A DNA stretch of 64,000 nt from Bacilli bacterium (GTDB lineage: Bacteria > Bacillota_I > Bacilli_A > RF39 > UBA660): assembly GCA_017460175.1 (NCBI GenBank), contig JAFUBO010000006.1:55383-119382 (forward strand). Reading direction: 5' to 3'. The notes beneath the pieces are model-generated. The model was not told the origin of the DNA, did not search any database, and saw only the letters and a list, made by a program, of their open reading frames with translations. A program made the position numbers and the translations under genes. Positions 37,196-48,531 of this stretch are shown one piece after another (positions within the stretch are counted from its first letter, which is position 1; each line of letters opens with the position of its first letter).

Positions 37196-38851
37196 ATGAA
37201 TGATACTATTGAAGTTATAATTAATGATAAATCATATAGTTATACAAAAAATGTTACTCTTCAAGAAATTTACTCTGAACATGAAGAAAATTATAAATAT
37301 CCAATCTTACTTGCGAGAGTAGATAATCGTTTAAGAAATCTCTCATATCAATTAAAAGATAATTGTAAAGTTGAATTTTTAGATTTAACTACACCTGAAG
37401 GTAACAGAGCTCATGTTAATGCATTAACATTTATGCTTTTATATGTAATAAAAAAATTGTACGGTAAAAGTGCAAATGCCACAGTTCAATATTCTATAGA
37501 TAAAGGTGTGTATTTTATTACTAATTTTAAATTAACAGAAGAAAAACTAGATAGTATAAAAAAAGAAATGAAAGAAATAATCAAAAAAGACATGCCTATT
37601 ACTAAATTAACAGTAGATAGATTAGAAGCAATAAATTACTTCAAAGAAATAGGTGATGAAGTAAAAGCTAATACTATGAAATATAATACAAATAATTATA
37701 TTACTTTATATAGACTAGGTAATATGTATAATTTCTTCTATAACTTAATGCCTACATCTACAGGACTTGCAAAAGATTTTGATTTAACATACATAAAACC
37801 ATATGGATTTGTATTAAGATTTCCAACTGTATATGAAAATGATAAAATACCTAAATATAAACATCATCAAGATATGTTTGATGTCTATAATGAATACAGA
37901 GAATGGGCAAAATTAATGAATATAGAAAACTCTACTGATTTAAATAGAGTTGTATCCAGTGGTAAAATTAATGATTTAATTAAAATAGATGAAACACTAC
38001 AAAGTGGAAGACTATTAAGAGTGGCAAAAGATATTAATGACAAAAGAAATAGATTAAAAGTAGTTTTACTTGCTGGACCATCATCATCAGGGAAGACAAC
38101 TACATCAAGAAAATTATCAATGTATTTACAAAGTTTTGGTTTACATCCAAAAACACTAAGTATGGATGATTACTTCTTAGAAAGAGAAAAAACACCTAAA
38201 AAAGCAGATGGTAAATATGATTTTGAAAGCTTAGAAGCAATAGATTTAAAACTACTAGATACACAAATAAATGCATTACTAAAAGGAGAAAAAATTACTG
38301 TACCAACATATAATTTCGCATTAGGTGAAAAAGAATTTAAAGATGAAATGCAAATAGGAGAAAATGATATTTTAATAATAGAAGGTATACATGCCTTAGA
38401 TGATAGAATAACAAAAAATGCTCCTAGAGATAAAATATATAAAATTTATATTTCACCACTAACAGAATTAAATATAGACAATCATAATCGTATTTCAACA
38501 AGTGATAGTAGATTATTAAGAAGAATAATAAGAGATAATAGAACTAGAAGTTATCCTGTTGAAAGAACTTTATCACAATGGTCTAGTGTAAGAGATGGTG
38601 AAGAAAAATGGATATTCCCATACCAAGATGATAATGATGCTATAATAAATACTGCTGCAATATATGAAATAGGAGTATTAAAAACATATGTAGAACCATT
38701 ACTATATTCAGTAGAAGCAGATTCACCATATTATGAAGACGCTAAAAGATTATTAAACTTTTTAAGATTATTCCTACCAATTTCAGCTGATGCTATTCCA
38801 GAAGAAGCAATAATAAGAGAATTTATTGGAGGAAGTTATTTCCATGAATAA
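37196..38851 (+). CDS. Nucleoside (uridine) kinase with ThrRS-like N-terminal domain
   Basis: AGPSSSGKTT, SMDDYF, IIEGIHAL, RLLRRIIRD. Confidence 0.88.
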   Translation: MNDTIEVIINDKSYSYTKNVTLQEIYSEHEENYKYPILLARVDNRLRNLSYQLKDNCKVEFLDLTTPEGNRAHVNALTFMLLYVIKKLYGKSANATVQYSIDKGVYFITNFKLTEEKLDSIKKEMKEIIKKDMPITKLTVDRLEAINYFKEIGDEVKANTMKYNTNNYITLYRLGNMYNFFYNLMPTSTGLAKDFDLTYIKPYGFVLRFPTVYENDKIPKYKHHQDMFDVYNEYREWAKLMNIENSTDLNRVVSSGKINDLIKIDETLQSGRLLRVAKDINDKRNRLKVVLLAGPSSSGKTTTSRKLSMYLQSFGLHPKTLSMDDYFLEREKTPKKADGKYDFESLEAIDLKLLDTQINALLKGEKITVPTYNFALGEKEFKDEMQIGENDILIIEGIHALDDRITKNAPRDKIYKIYISPLTELNIDNHNRISTSDSRLLRRIIRDNRTRSYPVERTLSQWSSVRDGEEKWIFPYQDDNDAIINTAAIYEIGVLKTYVEPLLYSVEADSPYYEDAKRLLNFLRLFLPISADAIPEEAIIREFIGGSYFHE

Positions 38852-38939
38852 AAACATCTAATTAGATGTTTTTTTAAAATAATATTTTTTCTTGAAAGAA
38901 ACATAATATAAATATATAATTATAATAGGAGATGATTAA

Positions 38940-39944
38940 ATGATAAGAGTCGCAATTAATGGGTTTGGAAGAATTGGAAGACTTTGTTTTAGATTAATGG
39001 AAGAAAATCCTGAATTTGAAGTAGTCGCTATTAACGATTTAACAGATGCAGAACAATTAGCATATTTATTAAAATATGATACTAATCATAGAAATTATAG
39101 AATAGATGAAATAAGTGCTAATGAAGATTCAATTATAATTAATAAAAGACATATAAAAGTATATGCTGAAAAAGAACCAAATAAATTACCATGGAAAGAT
39201 TTAGATATTGATGTAGTATTTGAATGTACTGGTAGATTTACAAAAGCAGAAGATGCTATGGCTCACATAGATGCCGGAGCAAAGCATGTTATTATTTCTG
39301 CTCCAGCAAAAGGAGATATTAAAACTATTGTATATAATGTTAATCATAAAATATTAAAAGGTGATGAACAGATTATAAGCGCTGCAAGTTGTACTACAAA
39401 CTGTTTAGCCCCAGTAGTAGATGTGATTGATAAAGAATTTGGAATAGTAAAAGGATATATGACTACAGTCCATGCTTATACAAATGATCAGGCTTCACTT
39501 GATATAGCACATCCAAAGGGACATTTAGCACGTCGTGGTAGAGCATGTGCAGCTAATATAGTTCCAGCATCAACTGGAGCAGCTTCTGCAATAGGTCTTG
39601 TATGTCCACAACTAGCAGGTAAATTAGATGGAATAGCTATGCGTGTACCAGTTCCAACTGGATCAGTTATAGATCTAACACTAGAGTTAAAAAAGAATAC
39701 TACAAAAGAAGAAATTAACGAAGTATTAAAAACTCATACTAACGAAACACTAGAATTTACAATGGATCCAATAGTATCAAGTGATATAATAGGAAGACGT
39801 TGTGGATCATTAGTAGATGGACTTTCTACTAACGTATTAGAAGTAGATGGACGCCAACTTGTTAAAATAGTAGCTTGGTATGATAATGAAATGAGTTATA
39901 CTGCTCAAATGGTAAGAACAGCCAAGTATTTAATGAATAAATAA
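38940..39944 (+). CDS. gap: Glyceraldehyde-3-phosphate dehydrogenase
   Basis: INGFGRIGR, ASCTTNCLAP, WYDNE. Confidence 0.98.
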   Translation: MIRVAINGFGRIGRLCFRLMEENPEFEVVAINDLTDAEQLAYLLKYDTNHRNYRIDEISANEDSIIINKRHIKVYAEKEPNKLPWKDLDIDVVFECTGRFTKAEDAMAHIDAGAKHVIISAPAKGDIKTIVYNVNHKILKGDEQIISAASCTTNCLAPVVDVIDKEFGIVKGYMTTVHAYTNDQASLDIAHPKGHLARRGRACAANIVPASTGAASAIGLVCPQLAGKLDGIAMRVPVPTGSVIDLTLELKKNTTKEEINEVLKTHTNETLEFTMDPIVSSDIIGRRCGSLVDGLSTNVLEVDGRQLVKIVAWYDNEMSYTAQMVRTAKYLMNK

Positions 39945-40009
39945 AAAGGAGAAATCCTTTTTTTTTGTATAGAAAAATGCTATAATTTAAATAGATAGGA
40001 GAATTATCC

Positions 40010-41182
40010 ATGAAAACAATAAGAGATTTAAATATAGAAGGTAAAAAAGTAATAATAAGATGTGATTTCAATGTTCCTATTAAAGACGGAAAAATAGTAG
40101 ATGATACTAGAATAAAAGGAGCATTAGAAACTATTAAATATTGTTTAGATAAAGATTCAAAAGTTATTCTTTTATCACATTTAGGAAGAATAAAAGAAGA
40201 AGCTGATTTAAAGAAAAATAATTTAGAAATAGTAGCTAAAAGATTAGCAGAACTTTTAAAACAAGATGTATTATTTAGTGAAGAAACTAGAGGTGAAGAA
40301 CTAGAAGATACTATTAATAGTATGGAAGAAGGAGAATTACTATTAATTCAAAATACAAGATATGAAGATTTAGATGGTAAAAAAGAGAGTTCAAACGATA
40401 AAGATTTAGGTAAATATTGGGCAAGTTTAGGAGACGTATTCATAAATGATGCATTTGGTACAATTCATAGAGCTCATGCATCTAATGTAGGAATAGCTAC
40501 ATATTTACCATCAGCCATTGGTTTTTTAGTGGAAAAAGAGCTTAATATTTTAAAAGAATTAGATAATCCTAAACATCCATTTATAGTTATTTTAGGTGGA
40601 GCTAAAGTATCAGATAAAATTGGTGTTATAGAAAACTTAATCGAAAAGGCAGATAAAATTCTAATTGGTGGTGGAATGGCTTTTACATTTTTAAAGGCTG
40701 AGAATTATGAAATAGGTAAATCAATTTTAGATGAAGAAAATATAGATTTTTGTAAAAAAATAATTGATAAATATTCTAATAAAATAATATTACCTAAAGA
40801 TTTCGCAGTAGCTAATGAATATACAAATGAAGAGAATTATAGAATTAAAAATATTAATAATATATCTTCTAATGAAATGGGTTTAGATATTGGAAAAGAT
40901 ACTATTAAATTATTTGAAGATACTTTAAAAGAAGCAGCTATTGTAATGTGGAATGGACCTTTAGGAGTTTATGAATTTGATAAATATAAAAAAGGAACAA
41001 ATGATATATTAAAATACCTAACACACAATAATATTAAAACAATACTAGGTGGAGGCGACATTGTTGCTGCCGCTACTACTGGAGGATATAAAGACAAAGT
41101 ATACCATGCCTCAACAGGTGGAGGCGCAACACTTGAATATTTAGAAGGTAAAAAATTACCAGGACTTGAAATAATAAAATAA
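40010..41182 (+). CDS. pgk: Phosphoglycerate kinase
   Basis: DFNVP, SHLGR, NDAFGT, STGGGA. Confidence 0.98.
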   Translation: MKTIRDLNIEGKKVIIRCDFNVPIKDGKIVDDTRIKGALETIKYCLDKDSKVILLSHLGRIKEEADLKKNNLEIVAKRLAELLKQDVLFSEETRGEELEDTINSMEEGELLLIQNTRYEDLDGKKESSNDKDLGKYWASLGDVFINDAFGTIHRAHASNVGIATYLPSAIGFLVEKELNILKELDNPKHPFIVILGGAKVSDKIGVIENLIEKADKILIGGGMAFTFLKAENYEIGKSILDEENIDFCKKIIDKYSNKIILPKDFAVANEYTNEENYRIKNINNISSNEMGLDIGKDTIKLFEDTLKEAAIVMWNGPLGVYEFDKYKKGTNDILKYLTHNNIKTILGGGDIVAAATTGGYKDKVYHASTGGGATLEYLEGKKLPGLEIIK

Positions 41183-41192
41183 TAATTAGTAG

Positions 41193-41696
41193 GTGATTAA
41201 CTTGAGTATAGAAAGGTTTTTCTTATTAGATCCTTATAATGATAACCATCTTAATATGTTATCTTCTTTCGAAAAAAATAATAATTTAAAAGGAATAGTT
41301 GATAGTATTAAAAATATAAGATCAATTCCAAAAGAAAAATATCTTGACAAAAGAAAAACAGAAATTATAAAAGAAGATATTATATTTACAGAAAAAGAAG
41401 GAAAAATAACAGATTGTTGTTTTGTACAAATAGAAGAAGATAGAGGATGGTGTAATATATTTCCTTATGATATTACAAATAAGTCTAAAAAAAGAAAATT
41501 ACCTTTATTAGCTTCAGAATATGCTTTTAGTAATTCTAAAGTAGAAGAAGTAAATATCACTGTATTACCTGAAGATATTAATATGCAAAATAATTTAATA
41601 GAAAAAGGATTTATTTGCTTAGGTGATAATAATGGAAGAATCATGTATTTAAAAGATAGAGAGGAAAAAGAAAACAGTCAGAGGATGATATCATGA
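41193..41696 (+). CDS. Hypothetical protein (possible degenerate GNAT fold)
   Basis: ORF between pgk and flippase-like gene; C-terminal LIEKGF resembles a GNAT end. Confidence 0.5.
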   Translation: MINLSIERFFLLDPYNDNHLNMLSSFEKNNNLKGIVDSIKNIRSIPKEKYLDKRKTEIIKEDIIFTEKEGKITDCCFVQIEEDRGWCNIFPYDITNKSKKRKLPLLASEYAFSNSKVEEVNITVLPEDINMQNNLIEKGFICLGDNNGRIMYLKDREEKENSQRMIS

Positions 41697-42691
41697 ATAT
41701 AATTAAGAATATAAAGAAAAATACATTTTTATTATTAATTATTACTAGTATTGTATTATATATAGTATTAAAAGATGATTTTAATGATATAGTAAAAATA
41801 TTTAGAAAAATAGATATCAAATATATCTTAATATCTATCATCTTTTATTTCTTATTTATTATTATAAAAGGCTATGTTAATTACAAAATAACTAATGACA
41901 AAGAAAAATTAAGTTTAAAAGAAGCGATAAAACATAATATAATTACTCAGTTTTTTAATGGAGTAACACCTTTCTCAACAGGTGGACAACCTATGGAAAT
42001 ATATATGTTAAAAGAACACGATATACCACTAGCTAAAGCTACAAATCAAACAATACAAAGTTTTATTTTTTATCAAATAGCTTTAGTAATATGTGGAACC
42101 ATTGCAGTGATTAATAATTTTTTATTTCCGATATTTCCAAAAGTAAGATTACTACAAATTTTGGTATTATTAGGATTTATTATTAATGTATTTGTAGTAG
42201 TAATATTAGTATTAATATCTCGAAGCAAAAGAGTAACTAATAAACTAAGTAGTATGAGTATAAAAATAATGAAAAAATTAAAAATGAAAGTTGATGAAGA
42301 TGATATAAAACAAAAATTTTCTGACTATCATGAAGGATTCAAAGAATTAAGAAAAAGAAAAAAATTATTTATAGGTGGAGTACTATTAAATATAATAAGT
42401 TTATTATGTTTATATGTTGTACCAATGTTTATATTATATAGTATGGGAGATTTTACTAGTTTAACTATTAATAACACCATAACTGCTTCAGCATATGTAT
42501 ATATAATAGGAGGATTTGTTCCAATCCCAGGTGCTAGTGGTGGTATTGAATATGGATTTACTAGATTTTTTGGTAATTTTATATCTACATCAACATTATC
42601 TGCAGTACTATTATTATGGAGATTTATTACATACTACTTAGGCGTAATTTTAGGAGCCTTAGTGTTTAACTTTGAAAAGAAGGTGAAATAA
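41693..42691 (+). CDS. Lysylphosphatidylglycerol synthase TM / flippase-like protein
   Basis: FFNGVTPFSTGGQP, PIPGASGGIE, WRFITYY. Confidence 0.88.
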   Translation: MNIIKNIKKNTFLLLIITSIVLYIVLKDDFNDIVKIFRKIDIKYILISIIFYFLFIIIKGYVNYKITNDKEKLSLKEAIKHNIITQFFNGVTPFSTGGQPMEIYMLKEHDIPLAKATNQTIQSFIFYQIALVICGTIAVINNFLFPIFPKVRLLQILVLLGFIINVFVVVILVLISRSKRVTNKLSSMSIKIMKKLKMKVDEDDIKQKFSDYHEGFKELRKRKKLFIGGVLLNIISLLCLYVVPMFILYSMGDFTSLTINNTITASAYVYIIGGFVPIPGASGGIEYGFTRFFGNFISTSTLSAVLLLWRFITYYLGVILGALVFNFEKKVK

Positions 42692-43923
42692 TGCGTATAG
42701 GTATTTTTTCAGAAGCATATACACCATATATTAGTGGTTTAGTAACTAGCGAAGTAATGTTAAAAAAAGCATTAGAAAAACAAGGACATGAAGTATATGT
42801 AGTTACAGCTAACTTAGAAAGCTTTAAATATGAATATGATGAAAAAGAAAGAATATTAAAAGTACCAGGAATACCAACAGGTATTTATGATTCTAGATTT
42901 ACAAGTATTTATCCAGTAAGAGCGGTTAATAAAATAAAAAGTTGGAAATTAGATGTAATTCATTCACAAACAGAGTTTGCTATAGGAACATTCGCAAGAA
43001 TTTTAGCTAAACAATACAATATACCATTAGTTCATACATATCATACTATGTATGAAGATTATATCTACTATATAACAAAAGGTTATTTTGATAAATCTAG
43101 TAAAAAATTAATAGAATATTTAACAAAATTTTATTGTGATACTACTGCTACAGAATTAATAGTTCCTACAAATAAAATATATAAATTATTTAAAGAAAAA
43201 TACAAATTTGAAAAAAATATTAATATTATCCCAACAGGAATAGAAGTAGAACGTTTTTATAAAGAAAATATAGATCAAAAGAAACTTCAAGAATTAAAAA
43301 AATATTTAAAACTTGATAAAAATGATTTTATATTATTATTTGTAGGTAGATTAGCAGAAGAAAAAAACATTGAATTTCTGATTAAAAATCACAAAGAATT
43401 AGTAAAAAAACATAAGAATATAAAACTAATTATAGTAGGTGATGGACCAGATAAAGAAAAATATGAAGAATATAGTAAATCATTAAACATAGAAAATAAT
43501 GTAATATTTACAGGAAAAACAAAATGGGAAGACACTCCATATTATTATCATATAGCAAATGTTTTTACAACAGCATCAAAAACAGAAACACAAGGTCTAA
43601 CTGTTATAGAAGCAATGGCTTCTAATATAGTACCCGTATGTATGAAAGATGAAGCATTTCAAAGTATGATAGATGAAGAACTAGATGGGCTTCTATTTGA
43701 AACAGAAGAAGAATATAGAAATCAAATATTAAGGTTATATAAAAACAAAAAAGAATTAGAAAAATTTGATAAACAAGCAAGAATTAAGTCAGACACATAT
43801 AGTTCTAAATATTATGCTGAACGAGTGTTAGCAGTATATAAAAGAGCCATCAAAGAAAAACAAGAAGAAAATAGATTTGGTCTTATTTCTAAAATAGTAA
43901 AAAACATAAAGGAGAAATTTTAA
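42691..43923 (+). CDS. GT4 glycosyltransferase (glycolipid synthase-like)
   Basis: MRIGIFSEAYTP, HTYHT, VGRLAEEKN, ETQGLTVIEAMA. Confidence 0.92.
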   Translation: MRIGIFSEAYTPYISGLVTSEVMLKKALEKQGHEVYVVTANLESFKYEYDEKERILKVPGIPTGIYDSRFTSIYPVRAVNKIKSWKLDVIHSQTEFAIGTFARILAKQYNIPLVHTYHTMYEDYIYYITKGYFDKSSKKLIEYLTKFYCDTTATELIVPTNKIYKLFKEKYKFEKNINIIPTGIEVERFYKENIDQKKLQELKKYLKLDKNDFILLFVGRLAEEKNIEFLIKNHKELVKKHKNIKLIIVGDGPDKEKYEEYSKSLNIENNVIFTGKTKWEDTPYYYHIANVFTTASKTETQGLTVIEAMASNIVPVCMKDEAFQSMIDEELDGLLFETEEEYRNQILRLYKNKKELEKFDKQARIKSDTYSSKYYAERVLAVYKRAIKEKQEENRFGLISKIVKNIKEKF

Positions 43924-44609
43924 TGATAGTTGCTTTAAATAATAAAAGTAATTTAGATAAAAATGAATTTTTAGATTACTTAGGAAAATTAAATAATATT
44001 AAAACTAATAGTAAATTAATATTATGTCCTACATTTATAAATATAGCCAATTTTAATAGTTTAACTATATCGTTAGGATCACAAAATGTTAGTTCTAAAA
44101 ATGATGGTGCTTATACTGGAGAAGTATCAGCAAAAGACTTAAACTCATATAATGTTAAATATTGCATTGTTGGTCATAGTGAAAGAAGAGAATATCAAAA
44201 AGAAAGCGATGAAGAAATAAAAGAAAAGATTAATAGATTAATAGAAAATAATATTATTCCAATTTTATGTATTGGTGAAACAAAACAAGAACGTATTAAT
44301 AATTCATATAAAGAAATATTAAAAAAAGAATTAGATATATTAAATGATATAAACAATTCTAATATTATCATCGCATATGAACCTATATGGTCTATAGGAA
44401 CTGGTATTATTCCAACTAAAGAAGAGATAATAGAAGTTTTTGATTTCATTAAAAGTATAATACCTAATTGTAAAGTATTATATGGAGGAAGTGCTAATAC
44501 AAATAATATTGATATGTTAAAAAGTATAAATCAAATAGATGGATATTTACTAGGAGGATTAAGTTTAAAACCAGATGATCTTCAAGTTTTTTTAGATAAA
44601 TTAAACTAG
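43923..44609 (+). CDS. tpiA: Triosephosphate isomerase
   Basis: [31 protein letters not shown]. Confidence 0.96.
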   Translation: MIVALNNKSNLDKNEFLDYLGKLNNIKTNSKLILCPTFINIANFNSLTISLGSQNVSSKNDGAYTGEVSAKDLNSYNVKYCIVGHSERREYQKESDEEIKEKINRLIENNIIPILCIGETKQERINNSYKEILKKELDILNDINNSNIIIAYEPIWSIGTGIIPTKEEIIEVFDFIKSIIPNCKVLYGGSANTNNIDMLKSINQIDGYLLGGLSLKPDDLQVFLDKLN

Positions 44610-44619
44610 TATACACATA

Positions 44620-44673
44620 TTGGACAAGTTCGACAAAACTTGTTCTTTTTTTCTCTTAACAAATATATCGACA
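44620..44673. promoter_or_regulatory. Spo0A boxes upstream of spo0A
   Basis: TTCGACA 44629-44635 (perfect reverse TGNCGAA); one-mismatch copies TTGGACA 44620 and ATCGACA 44667. Confidence 0.65.
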
Positions 44674-44718
44674 TATTATATAATTATAATGCGTGGTAAA
44701 AATAAGAGAGGAGAAAAA

Positions 44719-45495
44719 ATGGAAAAAACAAGATTATTCGTTATTGATGATAACGAAAACTTAGTTGGAATGGTTAAGGAATACTTCAAGAATATTCCTA
44801 ACATCGATGTTGTACTAGAAGCTAAAGATGGAAGTGACGCAATATTAAAAATTAATCAGGAAAAAGATAATTTTGATGTAATTCTATTAGACTTAGTAAT
44901 GCCTAAAAAAGATGGACTAGCAGTTTTAGAATATTTAAATAAGAATGAAATAGAAAAAGAAGTAATAGTTTTAACATCATATAATACACAAGATATGATA
45001 AGCAAAGTAGCCTCTTTAGGAGCAAGCTATTTTATGTTAAAACCATTTGAATTAAAAGATTTAGAAGATAAAGTAAATATATTATCAAATCGTATTAATC
45101 ATAAAGGTGAGTCTTTAGACCTATTTCATAATAATTTACAAATAGTTATTACTAAAACACTACATGAATTAGGAGTACCTTCACATATTAAAGGATATCA
45201 ATACATAAGAGAAGGAATTACTTTGGTTTATAAAAAACCAGAAATAGTAGGTGGAATTACAAAAGAATTATATCCAGAAATTGCAAAAAAATTTGATTCA
45301 ACAGTATCTCGAGTAGAAAGAGCAATACGTCACGCAATAGAAGTAAGTTGGAACAGAGGAAACTGGGATTTAATGGAAGAAATATTTGGACATAGTGTAG
45401 ATATCGATAAAGCAAAACCAACAAATTCAGAGTTTATTGTTACAATAGCTGATAAAATGAGATTAGACTTCAACAAACCATTAATTACAAACTAA
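44719..45495 (+). CDS. spo0A: Sporulation transcription factor Spo0A
   Basis: Receiver domain (LLDLVMP) plus [11 protein letters not shown]...ITKELYP...[12 protein letters not shown]...KPTNSEFI. Confidence 0.96.
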   Translation: MEKTRLFVIDDNENLVGMVKEYFKNIPNIDVVLEAKDGSDAILKINQEKDNFDVILLDLVMPKKDGLAVLEYLNKNEIEKEVIVLTSYNTQDMISKVASLGASYFMLKPFELKDLEDKVNILSNRINHKGESLDLFHNNLQIVITKTLHELGVPSHIKGYQYIREGITLVYKKPEIVGGITKELYPEIAKKFDSTVSRVERAIRHAIEVSWNRGNWDLMEEIFGHSVDIDKAKPTNSEFIVTIADKMRLDFNKPLITN

Positions 45496-45577
45496 GACCA
45501 TAGGTCTTTTTTTATTTGACTTTTTTTAAAGAAAAAAGTATACTTATTTTAGAAAATGTGTAAGGAGGATACAGTAA

Positions 45578-46852
45578 ATGGAACGAAAAATAGATAATTT
45601 TTATCATAAATGGAAAAACGATGTAATTAGAAAACCACTAGTATTATACGGCCCTAAACAAATAGGAAAAACTTTTTCCGTTTTATCTTTTGGAAACAAA
45701 GAATATAAAAATACTGTATATTTTAATACGCAAAATAATAAAGAACTAAAAGAAATATTTAAAAAAGAAAGATCTATAGAAAAAATAATATTAAAGTTAT
45801 CACTTTTATCAGGAGAAACAATATTAAAAGAGGATACATTAATTATTTTTGATAATGTAGAAGACATAGAAATAATAAAAGGATTAAAAGTATTTGGTAG
45901 TGAACATAGTAAGTATCATATTATTTCTATAATTACTACAAAAGACAAGCTATCAGAATTTAAAGGTGAAGAACTTCAATTTAAAGGTATGAATAGCATG
46001 GATTTTGAAGAATACTTATGGGCAAAAAACGAAAAAGCATTAGCAGACTTAATAAAAGAATCATTTGAAAAAAGAAAAACATGTCCTTTTCATAAAGTAG
46101 CACTTGAATTATTTGAAGAATTTTTACAAACAGGTGGATATCCAGAAGTAGTTGATGCTTCTTTAAAAGAATATTCTGAATATGAATTAGAAGCCATTAA
46201 ACAAAAAATACTAAATATATACAAAAAAGAAGTAGCTTTAAACTCTACTTTAATAGATATCCCAAGAGGTTTAGAAGTATTAGATTCAATCCCCGATCAA
46301 TTAAAGAAAGATAATAAAAAATTTCAATATGGTCTTATGGGAACTGGCAAACGCGCAAAAGAATATGAAAGTACGATTAATTATTTGGTTAATAATCAAT
46401 TAGTATATAGAAGTTATAAAATAAAAGAAGTTAAATCACCATTAAGCAGTTGTAAGGAAAAGGAAAGCTTTAAATTATATGAAATAGATAATGGTTTGTT
46501 ATTTACTGCATTACATTTAAATAAAAAACAATTTTTAACAGATGAAAATATGAAAGAAATAATATATGAAAACCATATAGCAAAAACATTAGTAGAAGCA
46601 GGATATTCACTATATTATTATCAATCAGAAGGAAAAGCAGAAGTAAACTTCGTTATTCAAAACAGAAATGGTCAAATAATCCCTATTGAATTAATTACAA
46701 AAACAAATTCAAAGGCCAAATCTTTAGCTGTATTTATGAAAAAATTTACAGTTATGGGAGCATATCGAATTACAGAAAACAATTTTTCAACAAAAAAAGA
46801 AATAAGATATATCCCAGTATACGCAGTATTTTGTCTAAATGATACAAAATAA
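45578..46852 (+). CDS. AAA_14/DUF4143 family ATP-binding protein with degenerate motifs
   Basis: GPKQIGKT, TGGYPEVV, FKLY, ENHIA, EVNFVI. Confidence 0.8.
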   Translation: MERKIDNFYHKWKNDVIRKPLVLYGPKQIGKTFSVLSFGNKEYKNTVYFNTQNNKELKEIFKKERSIEKIILKLSLLSGETILKEDTLIIFDNVEDIEIIKGLKVFGSEHSKYHIISIITTKDKLSEFKGEELQFKGMNSMDFEEYLWAKNEKALADLIKESFEKRKTCPFHKVALELFEEFLQTGGYPEVVDASLKEYSEYELEAIKQKILNIYKKEVALNSTLIDIPRGLEVLDSIPDQLKKDNKKFQYGLMGTGKRAKEYESTINYLVNNQLVYRSYKIKEVKSPLSSCKEKESFKLYEIDNGLLFTALHLNKKQFLTDENMKEIIYENHIAKTLVEAGYSLYYYQSEGKAEVNFVIQNRNGQIIPIELITKTNSKAKSLAVFMKKFTVMGAYRITENNFSTKKEIRYIPVYAVFCLNDTK

Positions 46853-46872
46853 AAAAGGACTAAGTCCTTTTT

Positions 46873-47124
46873 TTATTGATTAATTAATTCATCCATATCT
46901 ATTTCAAATAATTTACCAGGATCAATATCTAATGCAACAGATATTTTCCATACAGTATCCACAGAAAAAGATTTTTTACCTTTTCTAGATTCATTTCTTC
47001 TAATAAATTCATGACTAACACCAACACGCTCTGCTAACTCTGCTTGAGTAATCCCAGCCATGTTTCTGTACTTTTTGATATTTTTTGAAATTTGTTCATA
47101 TATATTTAATTCAAATTTATTCAT
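46873..47124 (-). CDS. XRE-family HTH regulator
   Basis: IKKYRNMAGITQAELAERVGVS; RBS GGAGG; divergent from dinB. Confidence 0.88.
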   Translation of the reverse strand: MNKFELNIYEQISKNIKKYRNMAGITQAELAERVGVSHEFIRRNESRKGKKSFSVDTVWKISVALDIDPGKLFEIDMDELINQ

Positions 47125-47253
47125 AATATACCTCCAAATATTGATAATTCTATTATGAAATAAAATGATTAAAATATATGTAAACCAAAAGTTCACAAAC
47201 ATTATATTTGAATAATTCGTCCATATGTTCTATAATTAAATTGAGGTGGTTTT

Positions 47254-48480
47254 ATGAAAGAAAGATATATATTTCATATTGATGTAAATAATGCTTTTCT
47301 TTCATGGACTGCAGTTTACTTACTAAAAAATGGAGCAAAAAAAGATATAAGAAAAATACCTTCAGTAATAGGAGGAGATCCTAAAACACGAACAGGTATA
47401 GTACTTGCCAAATCGCCAATTGCAAAAAAATATGGAATAGTAACAGCTGAAACATTATATTCAGCAAGAAAAAAATATAAAAATTTAGAAGTATACCCAC
47501 CAAACTATAAATGGTATTATGAAAAATCACGTGAATTAATGGAATATTTAAAAGAATATTCACCTATACAAGAACAACTATCTATTGATGAATGTTTTCT
47601 AGATATGAGTGGAATGAATTATATTTATAAAGATTTAGAAGAAGTAGCATACAAAATAAAAGATGAAATAAAAAAGAAATTTGGTTATACAGTTAATATA
47701 GGTATAGCTAATAATAAATTATGTGCAAAAATGGCTAGTGATTTTGAAAAACCGGATAAAGTACATACTTTATATAAAGATGAAATAGTTTCTAAATTAT
47801 GGCCACTAGACGTTGGAGATTTATATATGTGTGGAAAAAGCACAAAAAAAGAATTGAATAAATTAAATATATATACAATAGGAGATTTAGCTAAAAAAGA
47901 TTTAAAATATTTAGAAAGACACTTTAAAACTCAAGGAAAATACTTATACTACGCCTCTCGTGGAATAGATGAAGATAAAGTTGAAGAAAGAACTAGTAAA
48001 AATCAAAGTATCAGTGTTACAGAAACATTACCATATAACTATAATGACAAAGATAAATTAAAAGAAATATTATTTAGACAGACAGAAGAAATTACAAGAC
48101 AATTAAGAAAAAACAAACTTTATACTAAAACAGTAGCAGTAATTTTCAAAAATAGCAATTTTGTTAGTTATAGTGCTCAAACTACATTAGAAAAAGCAAC
48201 AAATAATACTAAAGAAATTCTAAGGAATATATATAATGTATTTGATAATAATTATAAAGAAGATGAAATAAGATTAATAGGAACACGACTTAGCAATCTA
48301 GTAACTAATAAAGATGAACAAATGTCATTGTTTGAAGAAAATAATTTTGATAAACAAGATAACAGTATTCAAAATACAATAGATAACATAAATAATAAGT
48401 TCGGAAAATCTTTAATTAAGCCCGCATCATTAAAACTAGTTGGTGAAACTAAAACAAAAAAGAGATATTTTGAAAAATAA
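47254..48480 (+). CDS. dinB: DNA polymerase IV
   Basis: HIDVNNAF, SIDE, AKMASDFEKP, QMSLF clamp motif. Confidence 0.93.
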   Translation: MKERYIFHIDVNNAFLSWTAVYLLKNGAKKDIRKIPSVIGGDPKTRTGIVLAKSPIAKKYGIVTAETLYSARKKYKNLEVYPPNYKWYYEKSRELMEYLKEYSPIQEQLSIDECFLDMSGMNYIYKDLEEVAYKIKDEIKKKFGYTVNIGIANNKLCAKMASDFEKPDKVHTLYKDEIVSKLWPLDVGDLYMCGKSTKKELNKLNIYTIGDLAKKDLKYLERHFKTQGKYLYYASRGIDEDKVEERTSKNQSISVTETLPYNYNDKDKLKEILFRQTEEITRQLRKNKLYTKTVAVIFKNSNFVSYSAQTTLEKATNNTKEILRNIYNVFDNNYKEDEIRLIGTRLSNLVTNKDEQMSLFEENNFDKQDNSIQNTIDNINNKFGKSLIKPASLKLVGETKTKKRYFEK

Positions 48481-48531
48481 TAACACATATTAATAATATA
48501 TGTTAAAATATAAATATAATAGGAGGTATAT

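Noticed and set aside
47218-47231. LexA/SOS box upstream of dinB
   Set aside because: GTCCATATGTTC matches only one half of GAAC-N4-GTTC; too weak to call
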